Positions 50,596 through 60,302 of a DNA stretch of 64,000 nt are shown piece by piece; the first letter of the stretch is position 1, and each line of letters starts with the position of its first letter. Source of the stretch: Polyangiales bacterium (GTDB taxonomy: Bacteria > Myxococcota_A > Polyangia > Polyangiales > Ga0077539); the NCBI GenBank assembly GCA_044229975.1, contig JBGARZ010000008.1, forward strand, positions 32,001 through 96,000, in the 5' to 3' direction. The notes below the pieces were generated by a model, which was given only the letters and a program-made list of their open reading frames with translations, was not told the DNA's origin and searched no databases. A program made the position numbers and the translations under genes.

Positions 50596-51455
50596 CCCCC
50601 GCCCGCGCCGCTGCCGCGCTCTCTGTTGCGATGTTCGTCGCCACAGTTGCCGCCGGCTGGGCCGCCTCCGGCCAACCCTTCTCCCTCCGTTGGTCCCCCT
50701 CCTCCGCGCCCGCCTCCCCCACGCGCCCGCTCGTCCTCCCCGATCGCACCATCCCCGTCGCCACCCTTCGCCTCGGCCACGCCAACTACCAGCGCCACTG
50801 CGCCCACTGCCACGGCCCTTCCGGCGACGGCGCTGGACCCTCTGGCCTCTCGCTCTCCCCTCCCCCTCGCGACTTCCGCCGCGCCGTCTTCAAGTTCGCC
50901 GCCGTCCCCAGCGGCTCGCTCCCACGCGACGCCGACCTCGCCCGCACCATCCGCCACGGCCTCTCCGGCACTGCCATGCCCGCGTGGTCCTTCGGCGATC
51001 GCGAGCTCGACGCGCTCATCCAGTATCTCAAGACCTTCTCCCCCCGCTGGCAGCGCGAGTCCCCTCCCTCCCTTGCCGACCCCGCCACCCCCGCTCCCGC
51101 CCCCGACCCCTGGCGCGCCAACCCCTCCGACGCCGTCGCTGAAGGCGAGCGCGTCTATCACCGCGAGGCCCTCTGCGCGACCTGCCACCCCGCCTACGAC
51201 CCCACCGCCCCCGCACCTTCGCGTCCCGACCCGCTACGCCCCGTCGCCCTCTACGAGCCCGCCCACGCCACCTGGGCGCTCGCGCCCGACTTCCGTCGCC
51301 AACCGATGCGCGCGGGCAACTCCGTCGACGACCTCCACCGCGCCATCGCCTTCGGCCTCGGCGGAACCCCGATGCCCACCTGGCAGGGTTCCCTCCCCGA
51401 CCGCTCGCTATGGGCGCTCGCCTACTACGTTCGCTCCCTCACGCCGCGCGAGTGA
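50592..51455 (+). CDS. Di-heme cytochrome c
   Basis: Signal/TM segment; CAHCH and CATCH heme motifs; PRDF, AMPAW and PMPTW axial-Met regions. Confidence 0.88.
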   Translation: MTPARAAAALSVAMFVATVAAGWAASGQPFSLRWSPSSAPASPTRPLVLPDRTIPVATLRLGHANYQRHCAHCHGPSGDGAGPSGLSLSPPPRDFRRAVFKFAAVPSGSLPRDADLARTIRHGLSGTAMPAWSFGDRELDALIQYLKTFSPRWQRESPPSLADPATPAPAPDPWRANPSDAVAEGERVYHREALCATCHPAYDPTAPAPSRPDPLRPVALYEPAHATWALAPDFRRQPMRAGNSVDDLHRAIAFGLGGTPMPTWQGSLPDRSLWALAYYVRSLTPRE

Positions 51456-51735
51456 TCGTCTCGAACTCCCGCTGCAAGAACTCCTCGATCTTCCCCTTGA
51501 ACGCCCGCGCGAAGAACGGCAGCTCCAGCACCACCGCGATGTTCGTCGCGTCGAAGCTGATCTTCCCGTCGGCCCCGCGGTAGCTCCCCTCGGCCGTCGT
51601 CGCCGACGTCCAGCGGTACAGCGAGCCCACGTCGTACTTCGGGTACCGCGCGGTGTAATCCGCCACCCGCGCCTCGATGCGCTGCCGCAGCGTCTCCACC
51701 GACAGCGAGTGACCCCTTCGGAATTCGAGCTTCAT
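51439..51735 (-). CDS. Small protein resembling the polyhydroxyalkanoate-system (PHA_gran_rgn) family
   Basis: HSLS..LELPFFARAFKGKIEE pattern, 98 aa. Confidence 0.6.
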   Translation of the reverse strand: MKLEFRRGHSLSVETLRQRIEARVADYTARYPKYDVGSLYRWTSATTAEGSYRGADGKISFDATNIAVVLELPFFARAFKGKIEEFLQREFETITRAA

Positions 51736-51814
51736 CGCGGCGCAACCTCGTTCACCGCTCCCGGCCCGTCAACCATTGCGACGTCCGCCCCCGACCGGGC
51801 ATCCAATCACCCTG

Positions 51815-53203
51815 ATGCCGCGACCTCTCGTCTGGTTTCGCCGCGACCTCCGCGTCGACGACAACACCGCCCTCCTCGCCGCCGCCGCCCGCGCCGACGA
51901 CGGCCTCCTCGCCCTCTACGTCGTCTCCCCCGCCGAGTGGCGCGCCCACGACGACGCCCCCGTGAAGGTCGACTTCTGGCTCCGCAACCTCACCGCGCTC
52001 TCCGACTCCCTCGCTCACCTCCACGTCGCCCTCCTCATCGAGACCGCCGACCACGCCGCCGATGTCGCCGCCGTGGTGAAGCGCGTCGTCGAGACGCACC
52101 ACTGCACCGAGGTTCACGCCAACCGCGAGTACGAGGTCAACGAGGCACGCCGCGACGTTCGCGTGGGCGAGGCCATCGGCGTCCCGCTGCACCTGCACGA
52201 CGACCGCCTGCTCTTCGCACCAGGGACCGTGCGGACGAAGACCGGCGGTCCGTACACGGTGTTCACGCCGTTTCGGCGCAACTGGGAGTCGCTGCTGAAG
52301 GAGTCGCCGCCGAAGGCTCACTCGAAGCCGATGCCGCTCGCTCCCATCGCGAAGCTGCACCCGTCGAAGGTTCCCGCTGCCATCGATGGCTTCGCGTCGG
52401 AGGTCGACGCGGCGCTGTGGCCCGCGGGTGAGGACGCCGCGAAGAAGCGCCTCAAGCGCTTCACCCACGACGCCATCGCCGACTACCACACGGGCCGCGA
52501 CCGCCCCGCCCTCGACGGAACCAGCCAGCTCTCGCCCTACCTCGCCGCGGGCGTGATCTCGCCGCGTCGTTGCCTGGAGGCTGCCCTCGCGGAGGGCCAC
52601 GGCAAGGGCCCGTCGACGTGGGTGTCGGAGCTGTGCTGGCGCGACTTCTACGCTCACGTGATGGTGGCCTTTCCGCGGGTGAGCATGGGCCGTGCGTTTC
52701 GGACGGAGCGCGACGCGGTGAAGTGGCGCCACGCGCCGAAGCAGCTCGCGCAGTGGGAGGCGGGGGAGACGGGGTTCCCGCTGGTGGACGCGGCGATGCG
52801 ACAGCTCAGGGGCATCGGGTGGATGCACAACCGCCTGCGCATGGTGGTGGCGATGTTTCTGACGAAGGACCTGCTCATCGACTGGCGCGAGGGCGAGCGG
52901 CACTTCATGCGCCACCTCGTCGACGGCGACCTCGCGGCCAACAACGGCGGCTGGCAGTGGTCGTCCTCCACCGGAACCGACGCGCAACCGTACTTCCGCA
53001 TCTTCAACCCGTCCTCGCAGGCGAAGCGCTACGACCCGGACGGGGCCTTCGTCCGCAAGTGGGTGCCGGAGCTGAGGGATGTGCCCGCGAAGGATCTATC
53101 GGCGCTGAGCAGCGCGACGCGGAAGAAGTGCGGATACCCCGCGCCGATGGTCGACCACGCCGACGCGAGGGCGCGCACGCTCGCGGCTTTTCGGGGGGAG
53201 TGA
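51815..53203 (+). CDS. phrB: Deoxyribodipyrimidine photolyase (class I)
   Basis: WFRRDLRVDDN, TSQLSPYL, WRDFY, TGFPLVDAAMRQL, WMHNRLRM, NNGGWQW, PYFRIFNP. Confidence 0.95.
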   Translation: MPRPLVWFRRDLRVDDNTALLAAAARADDGLLALYVVSPAEWRAHDDAPVKVDFWLRNLTALSDSLAHLHVALLIETADHAADVAAVVKRVVETHHCTEVHANREYEVNEARRDVRVGEAIGVPLHLHDDRLLFAPGTVRTKTGGPYTVFTPFRRNWESLLKESPPKAHSKPMPLAPIAKLHPSKVPAAIDGFASEVDAALWPAGEDAAKKRLKRFTHDAIADYHTGRDRPALDGTSQLSPYLAAGVISPRRCLEAALAEGHGKGPSTWVSELCWRDFYAHVMVAFPRVSMGRAFRTERDAVKWRHAPKQLAQWEAGETGFPLVDAAMRQLRGIGWMHNRLRMVVAMFLTKDLLIDWREGERHFMRHLVDGDLAANNGGWQWSSSTGTDAQPYFRIFNPSSQAKRYDPDGAFVRKWVPELRDVPAKDLSALSSATRKKCGYPAPMVDHADARARTLAAFRGE

Positions 53204-53221
53204 TCAGGACATTGCGCCCGG

Positions 53222-53721
53222 CTACCGCCCCACGTCCCTCCCCAACGCGTGCTCCAGTCGTACGCGCGCCACCCGCCCCTCGCTCGCCACCCGCAGCGTC
53301 GTCGCACGCATGGTCGCCTCCGCCGCGCGCTCGCTCTCCCGCGACGCCGAGACCGACTGCGGGATGCGCAGCAGGTAGTCCGTCAGCGGGATCGACAGCG
53401 TCGCCTGCGTCACGAAGGAGTCCGTCAGAAACGGAATCGCCAACGGAACGCTCACGAATTGCGTCCCCTGCGGAATGGGCCCGGCGCTGACGCCCGGCGC
53501 CGCGACGAGCGTCCCGAGGTTGGCCCGGTCGAGCGGTGACAAACGGTTGTAGCGGGCCGCGAGGTTGAGCCGCGGGAGGTACGCGACCCACGCCTGCTCG
53601 ACACCCGCCGCGGCGGCGGAGAGTTCGTCGCGTCGGGCGCGCAGGTCGAAGCTGGTGCGCGCGGCGGCGGCAGCGACGGCGTCGGCGGTGAGGCCACCGG
53701 GCTGCGCGAGCAGCGACGAGA
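53222..53721 (-). pseudogene. TolC-family outer-membrane factor remnant (no signal peptide, internal deletion)
   Basis: GGLTADAVAAAA..AWVAYLPRLNLAARYNRLS..ATLSIPL joined directly to a C-terminal-like RVARVRLEHALGRD. Confidence 0.6.
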
Positions 53722-54270
53722 GGTGCGCGTCGAGGGTGGTGAGCGTGTCCTGCGCGACGGGGTTGTAGACGTCGACGTGGCTGGTGATGTGCTCGACGTG
53801 GAGCTTCGTCTGCGAGTCGATGAGGGTGCCCATCCAGGCGGTTCCGATGGAGCCGCCGACCTCGCGGGTGAGCGCGTAGAGGCCGGTGGCGCCGCCGCGC
53901 TGCGACATCGGCAGGTCGGCGAGGCTCATCACCGTCAGCGGCACGAACACGAAGCCCAGGCCGAAGGCGCGGAGCATCTGCGGGTGGGTGGGGTCCCAGA
54001 AGCTCGCGGTGCCCGTGAGGCTGCCCGACATGAAGAGGCTCGCAGCGACGAGGACGATGCCGAAGCCCACGAGGTAGCGGCCGTCGACCTTTCCCCCCGA
54101 AGCGCCCGATGAGCGGCATGATGAAGATCTGGATGACGCCCGCGGCGAGGAAGATGCGGCCGATCTCCAGCGCCGTGTAGCGCATCACCGCGCCGCAATA
54201 GAGCGAGAAGGCGTAGGCGCCGGAGAAGAGCGCGACGCCGACGAGGAAGTTGATGCCCGTGCCCGCGCCG
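53722..54270 (-). pseudogene. DHA2 (EmrB/QacA) MFS transporter fragment with frameshift
   Basis: GTGINFLVGVALF..MPLIGRFGGK / VDGRYLVGFG..GLGFVFVPL..GGATGLYALTREVGGSIG; +1 shift at the C6 run 54093-54098; 5' half missing. Confidence 0.75.
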
Positions 54271-54599
54271 AGTGGCCCGGCAACGTGCGCGAACTGGAGA
54301 ACACCCTCGCCCGACTGATCGCGCTGGGCGACGGCGGCGAGCTGGGTCTGTCGTCGCTGCCCGTGGTGACAGGCGTTGCGCGCACCCCGACGGTCGCACA
54401 CGACGACGAGCCCGCGGACGAGGTCGCGCGCGCGGCGGGCGATCGGCTGACGCTGCGCGAGCAGGTCGAAGCCTTCGAGCGCGGGATCATCGCCCACACG
54501 CTCCGCACCTGCGGCGGCAACCAGTCCGAGGCGGCGCGGCGGCTGGGGACGAGCCGGGTGACGCTCATCGACAAGATCCACCAATACAAGCTCGGGTGA
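54271..54599 (+). pseudogene. C-terminal fragment of a sigma-54-dependent regulator
   Basis: Begins abruptly at WPGNVRELEN and ends with the HTH GNQSEAARRLG; no receiver or AAA core upstream. Confidence 0.8.
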
Positions 54600-54601
54600 G
54601 G

Positions 54602-54638
54602 CACGCGGCCGACGCAAGCGGTGGGCGTCGGCCGCGTG
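54602..54638. terminator. Perfect 14-bp stem-loop after the regulator fragment
   Basis: CACGCGGCCGACGC / GCGTCGGCCGCGTG with a 9-nt loop; no U-tract on the + strand. Confidence 0.45.
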
Positions 54639-54647
54639 AAAGACAAA

Positions 54648-54801
54648 GGCCGCCAGGGCGCGAGGGTCGCAAGGGACAGAGACATTGATGAGGGCGGATG
54701 GGCCGGCCTGCGATCTTCCACGCCACCCACTTGCCCACACCGCGCGGTCTCGACTTCTCCCGAAACACCATCCTCCTTGCGGTCCTCGCGTCCTGGCGGC
54801 C
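54648..54801. repeat. Inverted pair of the short interspersed repeat (copies 2 and 3)
   Basis: 54648-54674 and 54775-54801 are reverse complements with 3 mismatches in 27 nt. Confidence 0.65.
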
Positions 54802-54886
54802 GTATGTCTTCCACGCCGCCAACACCTGGCCTCAACTCCATGAGCACGACGATCGCCGCCGACATGCGCTATCAACGCGCTCGCTC

Positions 54887-55834
54887 ATGACCAAAGCCCG
54901 CCCCCGCATCGGCGTCGTGCTCAACGCCAACGCCGGACGCACCCGCCGCGACCCCGGCCTCGTCGACCGCCTGCGCGCCCGCCTCACCGCCGACGACATC
55001 ATCGAGGCAACGCGCTCGCCCGATGAGCTCGCGGAGGCGGCGCGGCGCTTTCGCGAGCACGGCATCACCCACCTCGGCGTGGTGGGCGGCGACGGGAGCG
55101 CGAGTGTCACGCTGTCGACCTTCGCGACGTTGTACGGCTCTGACCCGCTGCCGCCCGTCGCCTTCTTGCGCGGCGGGACGATGAACACCGTCGCCAACGG
55201 CTCCGGGCTCCCGCGCGGCAACCCGCTCTCGTTGCTCACCTCGCTCACGTCGCGCCTCCGTAACGGTGGCGCCGTACACACCTCGCAGCGCGCGACGATC
55301 AAGGCGGGCGAGCGCTTCGGTTTCTTGTTTGGGACGGGCGTGGTGGAGGGCTTTCTGCACGCCTACTACGCCAACGGAACGCCCACCCCGCTCAGCGCCG
55401 CGGGCGTGCTGATGCGCGGCGTAGCGTCGGCCATGGTGGGCGGCCCGATGGTGCGTCGCATGGCGGCCCCGTCGCGCGCGTCCGTCGACTTCGACGATGG
55501 GGCGCACTGGCCCTTGCAGGACTACCTCACGCTCGCGGCCGGGACGGTCGACCAGATCGGGCTGGGATTCAGGCCCTTCCTGCGATGCCAGGAGCGGCCG
55601 GGGCACTTCCATCTGCTGGGCATCTACGCGCGGGTGATGGACTTCGCGCTGGAGCTGCCGCGCATCCGGCTCGCGCGCCCGATGCGGCCGGGCCACGCGC
55701 TCGACCGCGTCACCGACCGCGCGACCATCCGCTTCGACGGCGGCGTCGCCCGCTACATGCTCGACGGCGAGCTCTTCGAGACGCCGGGTGAGCTCACGCT
55801 CATCGCCGGTCCGACGATCACACTCGTCCGCTGA
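54887..55834 (+). CDS. Diacylglycerol/sphingosine kinase family lipid kinase
   Basis: VLNANAG, VGGDGS, LRGGTMN, DGE. Confidence 0.88.
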   Translation: MTKARPRIGVVLNANAGRTRRDPGLVDRLRARLTADDIIEATRSPDELAEAARRFREHGITHLGVVGGDGSASVTLSTFATLYGSDPLPPVAFLRGGTMNTVANGSGLPRGNPLSLLTSLTSRLRNGGAVHTSQRATIKAGERFGFLFGTGVVEGFLHAYYANGTPTPLSAAGVLMRGVASAMVGGPMVRRMAAPSRASVDFDDGAHWPLQDYLTLAAGTVDQIGLGFRPFLRCQERPGHFHLLGIYARVMDFALELPRIRLARPMRPGHALDRVTDRATIRFDGGVARYMLDGELFETPGELTLIAGPTITLVR

Positions 55835-55938
55835 CCGCGTTTTCTTCCCAAGGGTTTGGGAACCCCGCGCTCGCGTCGCTGTCACAGAGCCCGTACGCAG
55901 CGCCGCATGGAAACGGCGCCGCGAGAGAGGCTACTGCC

Positions 55939-57660
55939 ATGACGACGCTGCGCACCGTGACGCCCGCCACCTCCGTCGCTGCCCCCGAGACCGACGTGCT
56001 CTACCAGCTCGTAAAGCGCGCCGACATCAACCCGATGGAGGTCGAAGACCTCACCCGCAGCGCCATCGAGGTCACCGTCCTCTGGAACCGCACGGCCCTC
56101 CACGTCGCTCACCTCGACGACGACCGCGGCTTCGCGCTCACCAGCGTCGCCCCGACGCTCCCGTCGCCCGCGAAGCACATGCTCCCGGGCCTCGGCCTCG
56201 GCGGCGCGGCGATGCTCGGCGGCGCGGTCGCAGCGAGCCTCGCGGTGGCCTCGGCGGGCGCCCTCGCCACGGTGGTCGGCGTCGGCCTCGGCGTGCGCCG
56301 CCACCAACAGAACGAAGCCCTCCGTCAGGACGGTGGTCGCTTCGTGGTCGACGCCGAGATGCTCGGCGCGGAGGAGCTCCCGGTGATCGCCCGCGAGGGC
56401 GCCGGGGCGCGCTTCGTCTTCGCTCCGGGCGCCGTCGGCGAGGTGGAGATCGACGGCGAGAAGCGCTCGCTCACCGACCTGACGGCACAGGGCCTCGCTC
56501 GCCCGTCGTCGGTGCTGGAGGGCGCGCTCGAAGTGGCGATGGTTCCGGGCGGCAAGTACCGCATGGAGATCAACGGGCTCACGGTGGTGGCCAAGGCCGT
56601 CCGCGCCGGTCGTCGGGCGCTGGTCTCCGCGGGCCGCGACCGCTCGCTGCGCGGCGCCTCGGTGGGCGCGGCGCTGGCCGTCGCCGCACTGCTGGGCGTG
56701 ATGCGCGTCGCCGCGCCGGACAACAACGGGCTGCTCTCGCAGAACGACCAGGACCAGCGCCTCGCCGAGCTGCGCGACTTCCTCGCGCGCCACACCGAGC
56801 AGCCGGAGCCGCCGGCCCCGCGCGAGGGTTCGGCGACGCCCGACCACGGCGGCCGTGATGGAGCAGCGCACGCAGGCGCGGCGGGCGCAGCGGGCCGACC
56901 GTCGTCGACGCAGTCGAACCGTCACTACGAGATCCGCCGCACCAACGAGCCGGCGCACCTGACCAACCAGACCGCGGCGCAGCAGGTGGCCAACCGTGGG
57001 GTGTTCGCGGCGATGGGGGGCGCGCTCCCGATGAACAGCGTCGCGTCGAGCGGCATGGTGAGCCCCTTCGGGTTGATGACCGAAGCCGGCGACGCCGACG
57101 AGACGCACCAGGGCAACCTCACGGGCGACATGGCGGGCGACGCCTTCGGGATGAACGGCCTCGACGGCGCGGGCCCCGGCGTGGGCGGCGGCGGCCGCAG
57201 CGAGCAAGGCATCGGCGTCGGACGCCTCAACACGATGGGCAACAGCGCTGGCTGCGCGGAGGGTCAGGACTGCCGCTACGGCCACACCGTGGGAGGAATC
57301 CGCGGCGGCAACCGCACCCCGCACGGCCCCATCGTGAGGCCCAACGGCCAGCCGGAGGTGGTGGGCATCTCGCGCGACGTGATCCGCCGCGTGGTGCTGC
57401 GTAACATCGGGCAGGTCAACCACTGCTACGAGCAGGGCCTCTCGACGAGCCCCGGGCTCCAGGGCCGCGTCTCGGTGCGCTTCGTCATCGGCTCGGGCGG
57501 CAACGTCCTCGCATCGAACGTCGACAGCTCGACCCTCGGCGTGCCGTCGGTGTCGCAGTGCATCGCCAACGCGGTCGGTCGGTGGAGCTTCCCGGTCCCG
57601 CCCGACAGCGGCGCGATCTCCGTGGTCTACCCCTTCTCGCTGGTCCCCGCCGACGGCTGA
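55939..57660 (+). CDS. GltG/AgmX-PglI-like protein with TonB-like C-terminal domain
   Basis: TM segment, Gly-rich linker (GDAFGMNGL..GGGG..GIGVG), C-terminal IRRVV..HCYEQGL..LQGRVSVRFVI..CI..WSFP..YPF. Confidence 0.8.
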   Translation: MTTLRTVTPATSVAAPETDVLYQLVKRADINPMEVEDLTRSAIEVTVLWNRTALHVAHLDDDRGFALTSVAPTLPSPAKHMLPGLGLGGAAMLGGAVAASLAVASAGALATVVGVGLGVRRHQQNEALRQDGGRFVVDAEMLGAEELPVIAREGAGARFVFAPGAVGEVEIDGEKRSLTDLTAQGLARPSSVLEGALEVAMVPGGKYRMEINGLTVVAKAVRAGRRALVSAGRDRSLRGASVGAALAVAALLGVMRVAAPDNNGLLSQNDQDQRLAELRDFLARHTEQPEPPAPREGSATPDHGGRDGAAHAGAAGAAGRPSSTQSNRHYEIRRTNEPAHLTNQTAAQQVANRGVFAAMGGALPMNSVASSGMVSPFGLMTEAGDADETHQGNLTGDMAGDAFGMNGLDGAGPGVGGGGRSEQGIGVGRLNTMGNSAGCAEGQDCRYGHTVGGIRGGNRTPHGPIVRPNGQPEVVGISRDVIRRVVLRNIGQVNHCYEQGLSTSPGLQGRVSVRFVIGSGGNVLASNVDSSTLGVPSVSQCIANAVGRWSFPVPPDSGAISVVYPFSLVPADG

Positions 57661-57872
57661 CCGTCGTCCCCTCCCTCTCCAGGCTCGACCCTCTCATCTC
57701 CTGCGCACCACACCCGTCGATGTCGACCATCACGACCCGCCGTGTGTTCGTCACGGTGGGCTCGTGTAGGCCACGGAATTCGCGGCCCGCGTGTTGTCGG
57801 CGCGCGAGTACCGCGTGCTAAGGTCGACGCGCCTCGTGTGTCTGAGACGCATCGACGGGGTTTAGCAACACC

Positions 57873-59870
57873 ATGGCAGAAGATCCCCTAGTCACCCACG
57901 CTCGCACCCGCATCGGCCGCACGCTCCGGGGCAAGTGGACGCTCGACAAGCTGCTCGGGGTAGGCGGCATGGCGGCCGTCTACGAGTGCACGCACCGCAA
58001 TGGCTCCAAGGTGGCCATCAAGATGCTGCACCCGAACCTGATGTTCGAGACCAACTTCGCCCAGCGCCTGGTGCAGGAAGGGTACGTCGCCAACAAGATC
58101 AACCACCCGGCCGCGGTGAAGGTCTACGACGACGACACCGACGACACCGACGGGTCGGTCTTCCTCGTGATGGAGCTTCTGCCCGGCCAGACGCTCTCGC
58201 AGTACCGCCGCCACAAGAAGCGCTTCACCGAGCTCGAGGCGCTGAAGATGCTCGCGCCGGTGCTGGAGTGCCTGGGCAACGCGCACCAGCACAAGATCAT
58301 CCACCGCGACATCAAGCCCGAGAACCTCTTCGTCCAACCCGACGGCCAGGTTCGTGTGCTCGACTTCGGCATCGCGCGCGTCAGCGACAGCTCCAACGTG
58401 ACGGCCACCCGCACCGGCATGGTGGTCGGCTCGCCCGCGTACATGTCCCCCGAGCAGGCCCTCGGGAAGATGAACTCCGTGGGCCCGCAGACCGACGTCT
58501 ACGCGGTCGGCGCCACGATGTTCGCGCTCATCTCGGGCACCACGCCGCACGCCGGCGAGTCGACCCAGGAGATGATCGTCCTCGTCGCCACGCAGCAGGC
58601 CCGCAAGCTCGCGGCGGTGTTTCCCGAGGTGAACCCGCGGGTCGCCGAGGTCATCGACCGCGCGCTGCTCTACAACATCGCCGAGCGCTACCCCGACGCC
58701 TTCGCGATGCTCAACGACGTCCGCGAGGTCGTCGCCGAGCTCGAAGGCACCAAGCCCGCCAAGGTGCTCCCCACCTTCGTCGACGACGAGGAGGAGGGCG
58801 CCACGCAGGTCGCCCCGGCGCTGAAGAAGCCCGGCGCCACCTCGCAGCAGCGACCCGCCGTCGGAGCCGACGCAGCCCCCGGCGCGGGCAACAACCGCGT
58901 GGGCACACCGCCGCCCGCGATGACCGGCGATGTCCCCGGCAGCAAGATGCGCCAGGCCACCATGGCCCCGATGGGTGCGCCCTTCCGCGCGGCCTCGGGC
59001 GCCGCTCCGCTCATCGGCGCACCCCCGTCGCGACCGGCGCAGCCCGCGCTCCCGGCCACGCAGGCGATGGAGGCGTTCCCTGTCAGCGGCACGGGCAACA
59101 CCGGGCAGCACGAGGCGCAGCAGCAGCCGGGCTTCGCGAGCCTGCACGGTCAGCCCCCTCCCGGGTCGACCTCGGGCATGGGTTTCCCCGGCAGCACCAG
59201 CGGCGTCAACGCCTTCCCTGGCACGAGCAGCGGCATCAACTTCCCGCCGCCCGGCGTCGGCACCGCGAGCGGTCAACAGCCCGGGGTCAACACCAACCAG
59301 GCGTGGGCGGGTCAGCCCGTCGCCGACGCTCCGCTCCCCAAGCCGCGCAACAACCGCATGGTCTTCGGTCTGGTGGGTGGCCTGGTGCTGCTCGGTGCGG
59401 TGGGCTTCGGCATCAGCTCGATGTCATCGAGCACCACGACGCCGACCACGGCGGCGATCCACAACCGCCCGGCAGCTCCTCGTCCCGTCACCCCGCCGCC
59501 CGCACCACCCACGCCTGAGGTCGCGCCCACGCCGCCTCCGACGCCTCCGCCCGTGGTGGCAGCGCCCATCCCGACCCCGGTCGTGGTCCCGCCGCCGGCG
59601 GTCGATCCCGCGCCGGTGGTCGCACCGACCGCTCCGACGCCGCCCGCTGCGGTCGAGGCCAACGACGACCACGGTCATCGCCGTCCTCATCGTCGCGATC
59701 ACGACACCACCACGCCCGCGGCCGCGACGCCCCCGGCGACGCCGCACGTCACCACGCCCGCGGCGACCCATCCGAGCACCAACACCAACACCACCACCCC
59801 GCGGTCGCCCCGTCGCCCGCGCGGCGGCACCACGACGCCCGCCGTCGACCCGTCCGGCCTCGGGTACTGA
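57873..59870 (+). CDS. Membrane Ser/Thr protein kinase with Pro/Thr-rich tail
   Basis: GVGGMAAV, VAIK, HRDIKPEN, DFG, GSPAYMSPEQ; TM MVFGLVGGLVLLGAVGFGI. Confidence 0.92.
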   Translation: MAEDPLVTHARTRIGRTLRGKWTLDKLLGVGGMAAVYECTHRNGSKVAIKMLHPNLMFETNFAQRLVQEGYVANKINHPAAVKVYDDDTDDTDGSVFLVMELLPGQTLSQYRRHKKRFTELEALKMLAPVLECLGNAHQHKIIHRDIKPENLFVQPDGQVRVLDFGIARVSDSSNVTATRTGMVVGSPAYMSPEQALGKMNSVGPQTDVYAVGATMFALISGTTPHAGESTQEMIVLVATQQARKLAAVFPEVNPRVAEVIDRALLYNIAERYPDAFAMLNDVREVVAELEGTKPAKVLPTFVDDEEEGATQVAPALKKPGATSQQRPAVGADAAPGAGNNRVGTPPPAMTGDVPGSKMRQATMAPMGAPFRAASGAAPLIGAPPSRPAQPALPATQAMEAFPVSGTGNTGQHEAQQQPGFASLHGQPPPGSTSGMGFPGSTSGVNAFPGTSSGINFPPPGVGTASGQQPGVNTNQAWAGQPVADAPLPKPRNNRMVFGLVGGLVLLGAVGFGISSMSSSTTTPTTAAIHNRPAAPRPVTPPPAPPTPEVAPTPPPTPPPVVAAPIPTPVVVPPPAVDPAPVVAPTAPTPPAAVEANDDHGHRRPHRRDHDTTTPAAATPPATPHVTTPAATHPSTNTNTTTPRSPRRPRGGTTTPAVDPSGLGY

Positions 59871-59903
59871 CCACTCCCCAACTCCTCGGTAACCTCGCGC
59901 CCG

Positions 59904-60302
59904 TCAGTGGGCAGGCGCGGGCGTTCGTTGGTCGGTCGACGCGTGGATCGCCAGATCGACGAGCCACGCGGTGAGTACGCCGACGCCGGTTCCGAGCGCG
60001 TCCCAGGTGAAGTCGCGCCAGGACGGATCACCCGCGCCGGTCGCGTCGTAGAGCTCCTTCGCGATGCCCAGTGAGAGCGCGAAGCCCGCGCCAACGCCCA
60101 CCCGCACGGCAGTGCGCTCGGTGAAGGGCGCGGTCGCCGCGTAGCCCGCTCCCGCGAGCAGCGCACTCACGGAGAAGTGCAGCGCCTTGTCGGGGCCGAA
60201 CCAGTCGTCCATCGACTGAGCACGCGCCGGGGAAGACGCGACCAGGACCACCACCAACGACGTGGTGGCCAGCCGCCTCCGATGCAGCACGTCACACCCC
60301 AT
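59904..60302 (-). CDS. YfiM/DUF2279-like protein
   Basis: DDWFGPDKALHF..KELYD..SWRDFTWDALG. Start uncertain (60290 or 60302). Confidence 0.75.
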   Translation of the reverse strand: MGCDVLHRRRLATTSLVVVLVASSPARAQSMDDWFGPDKALHFSVSALLAGAGYAATAPFTERTAVRVGVGAGFALSLGIAKELYDATGAGDPSWRDFTWDALGTGVGVLTAWLVDLAIHASTDQRTPAPAH

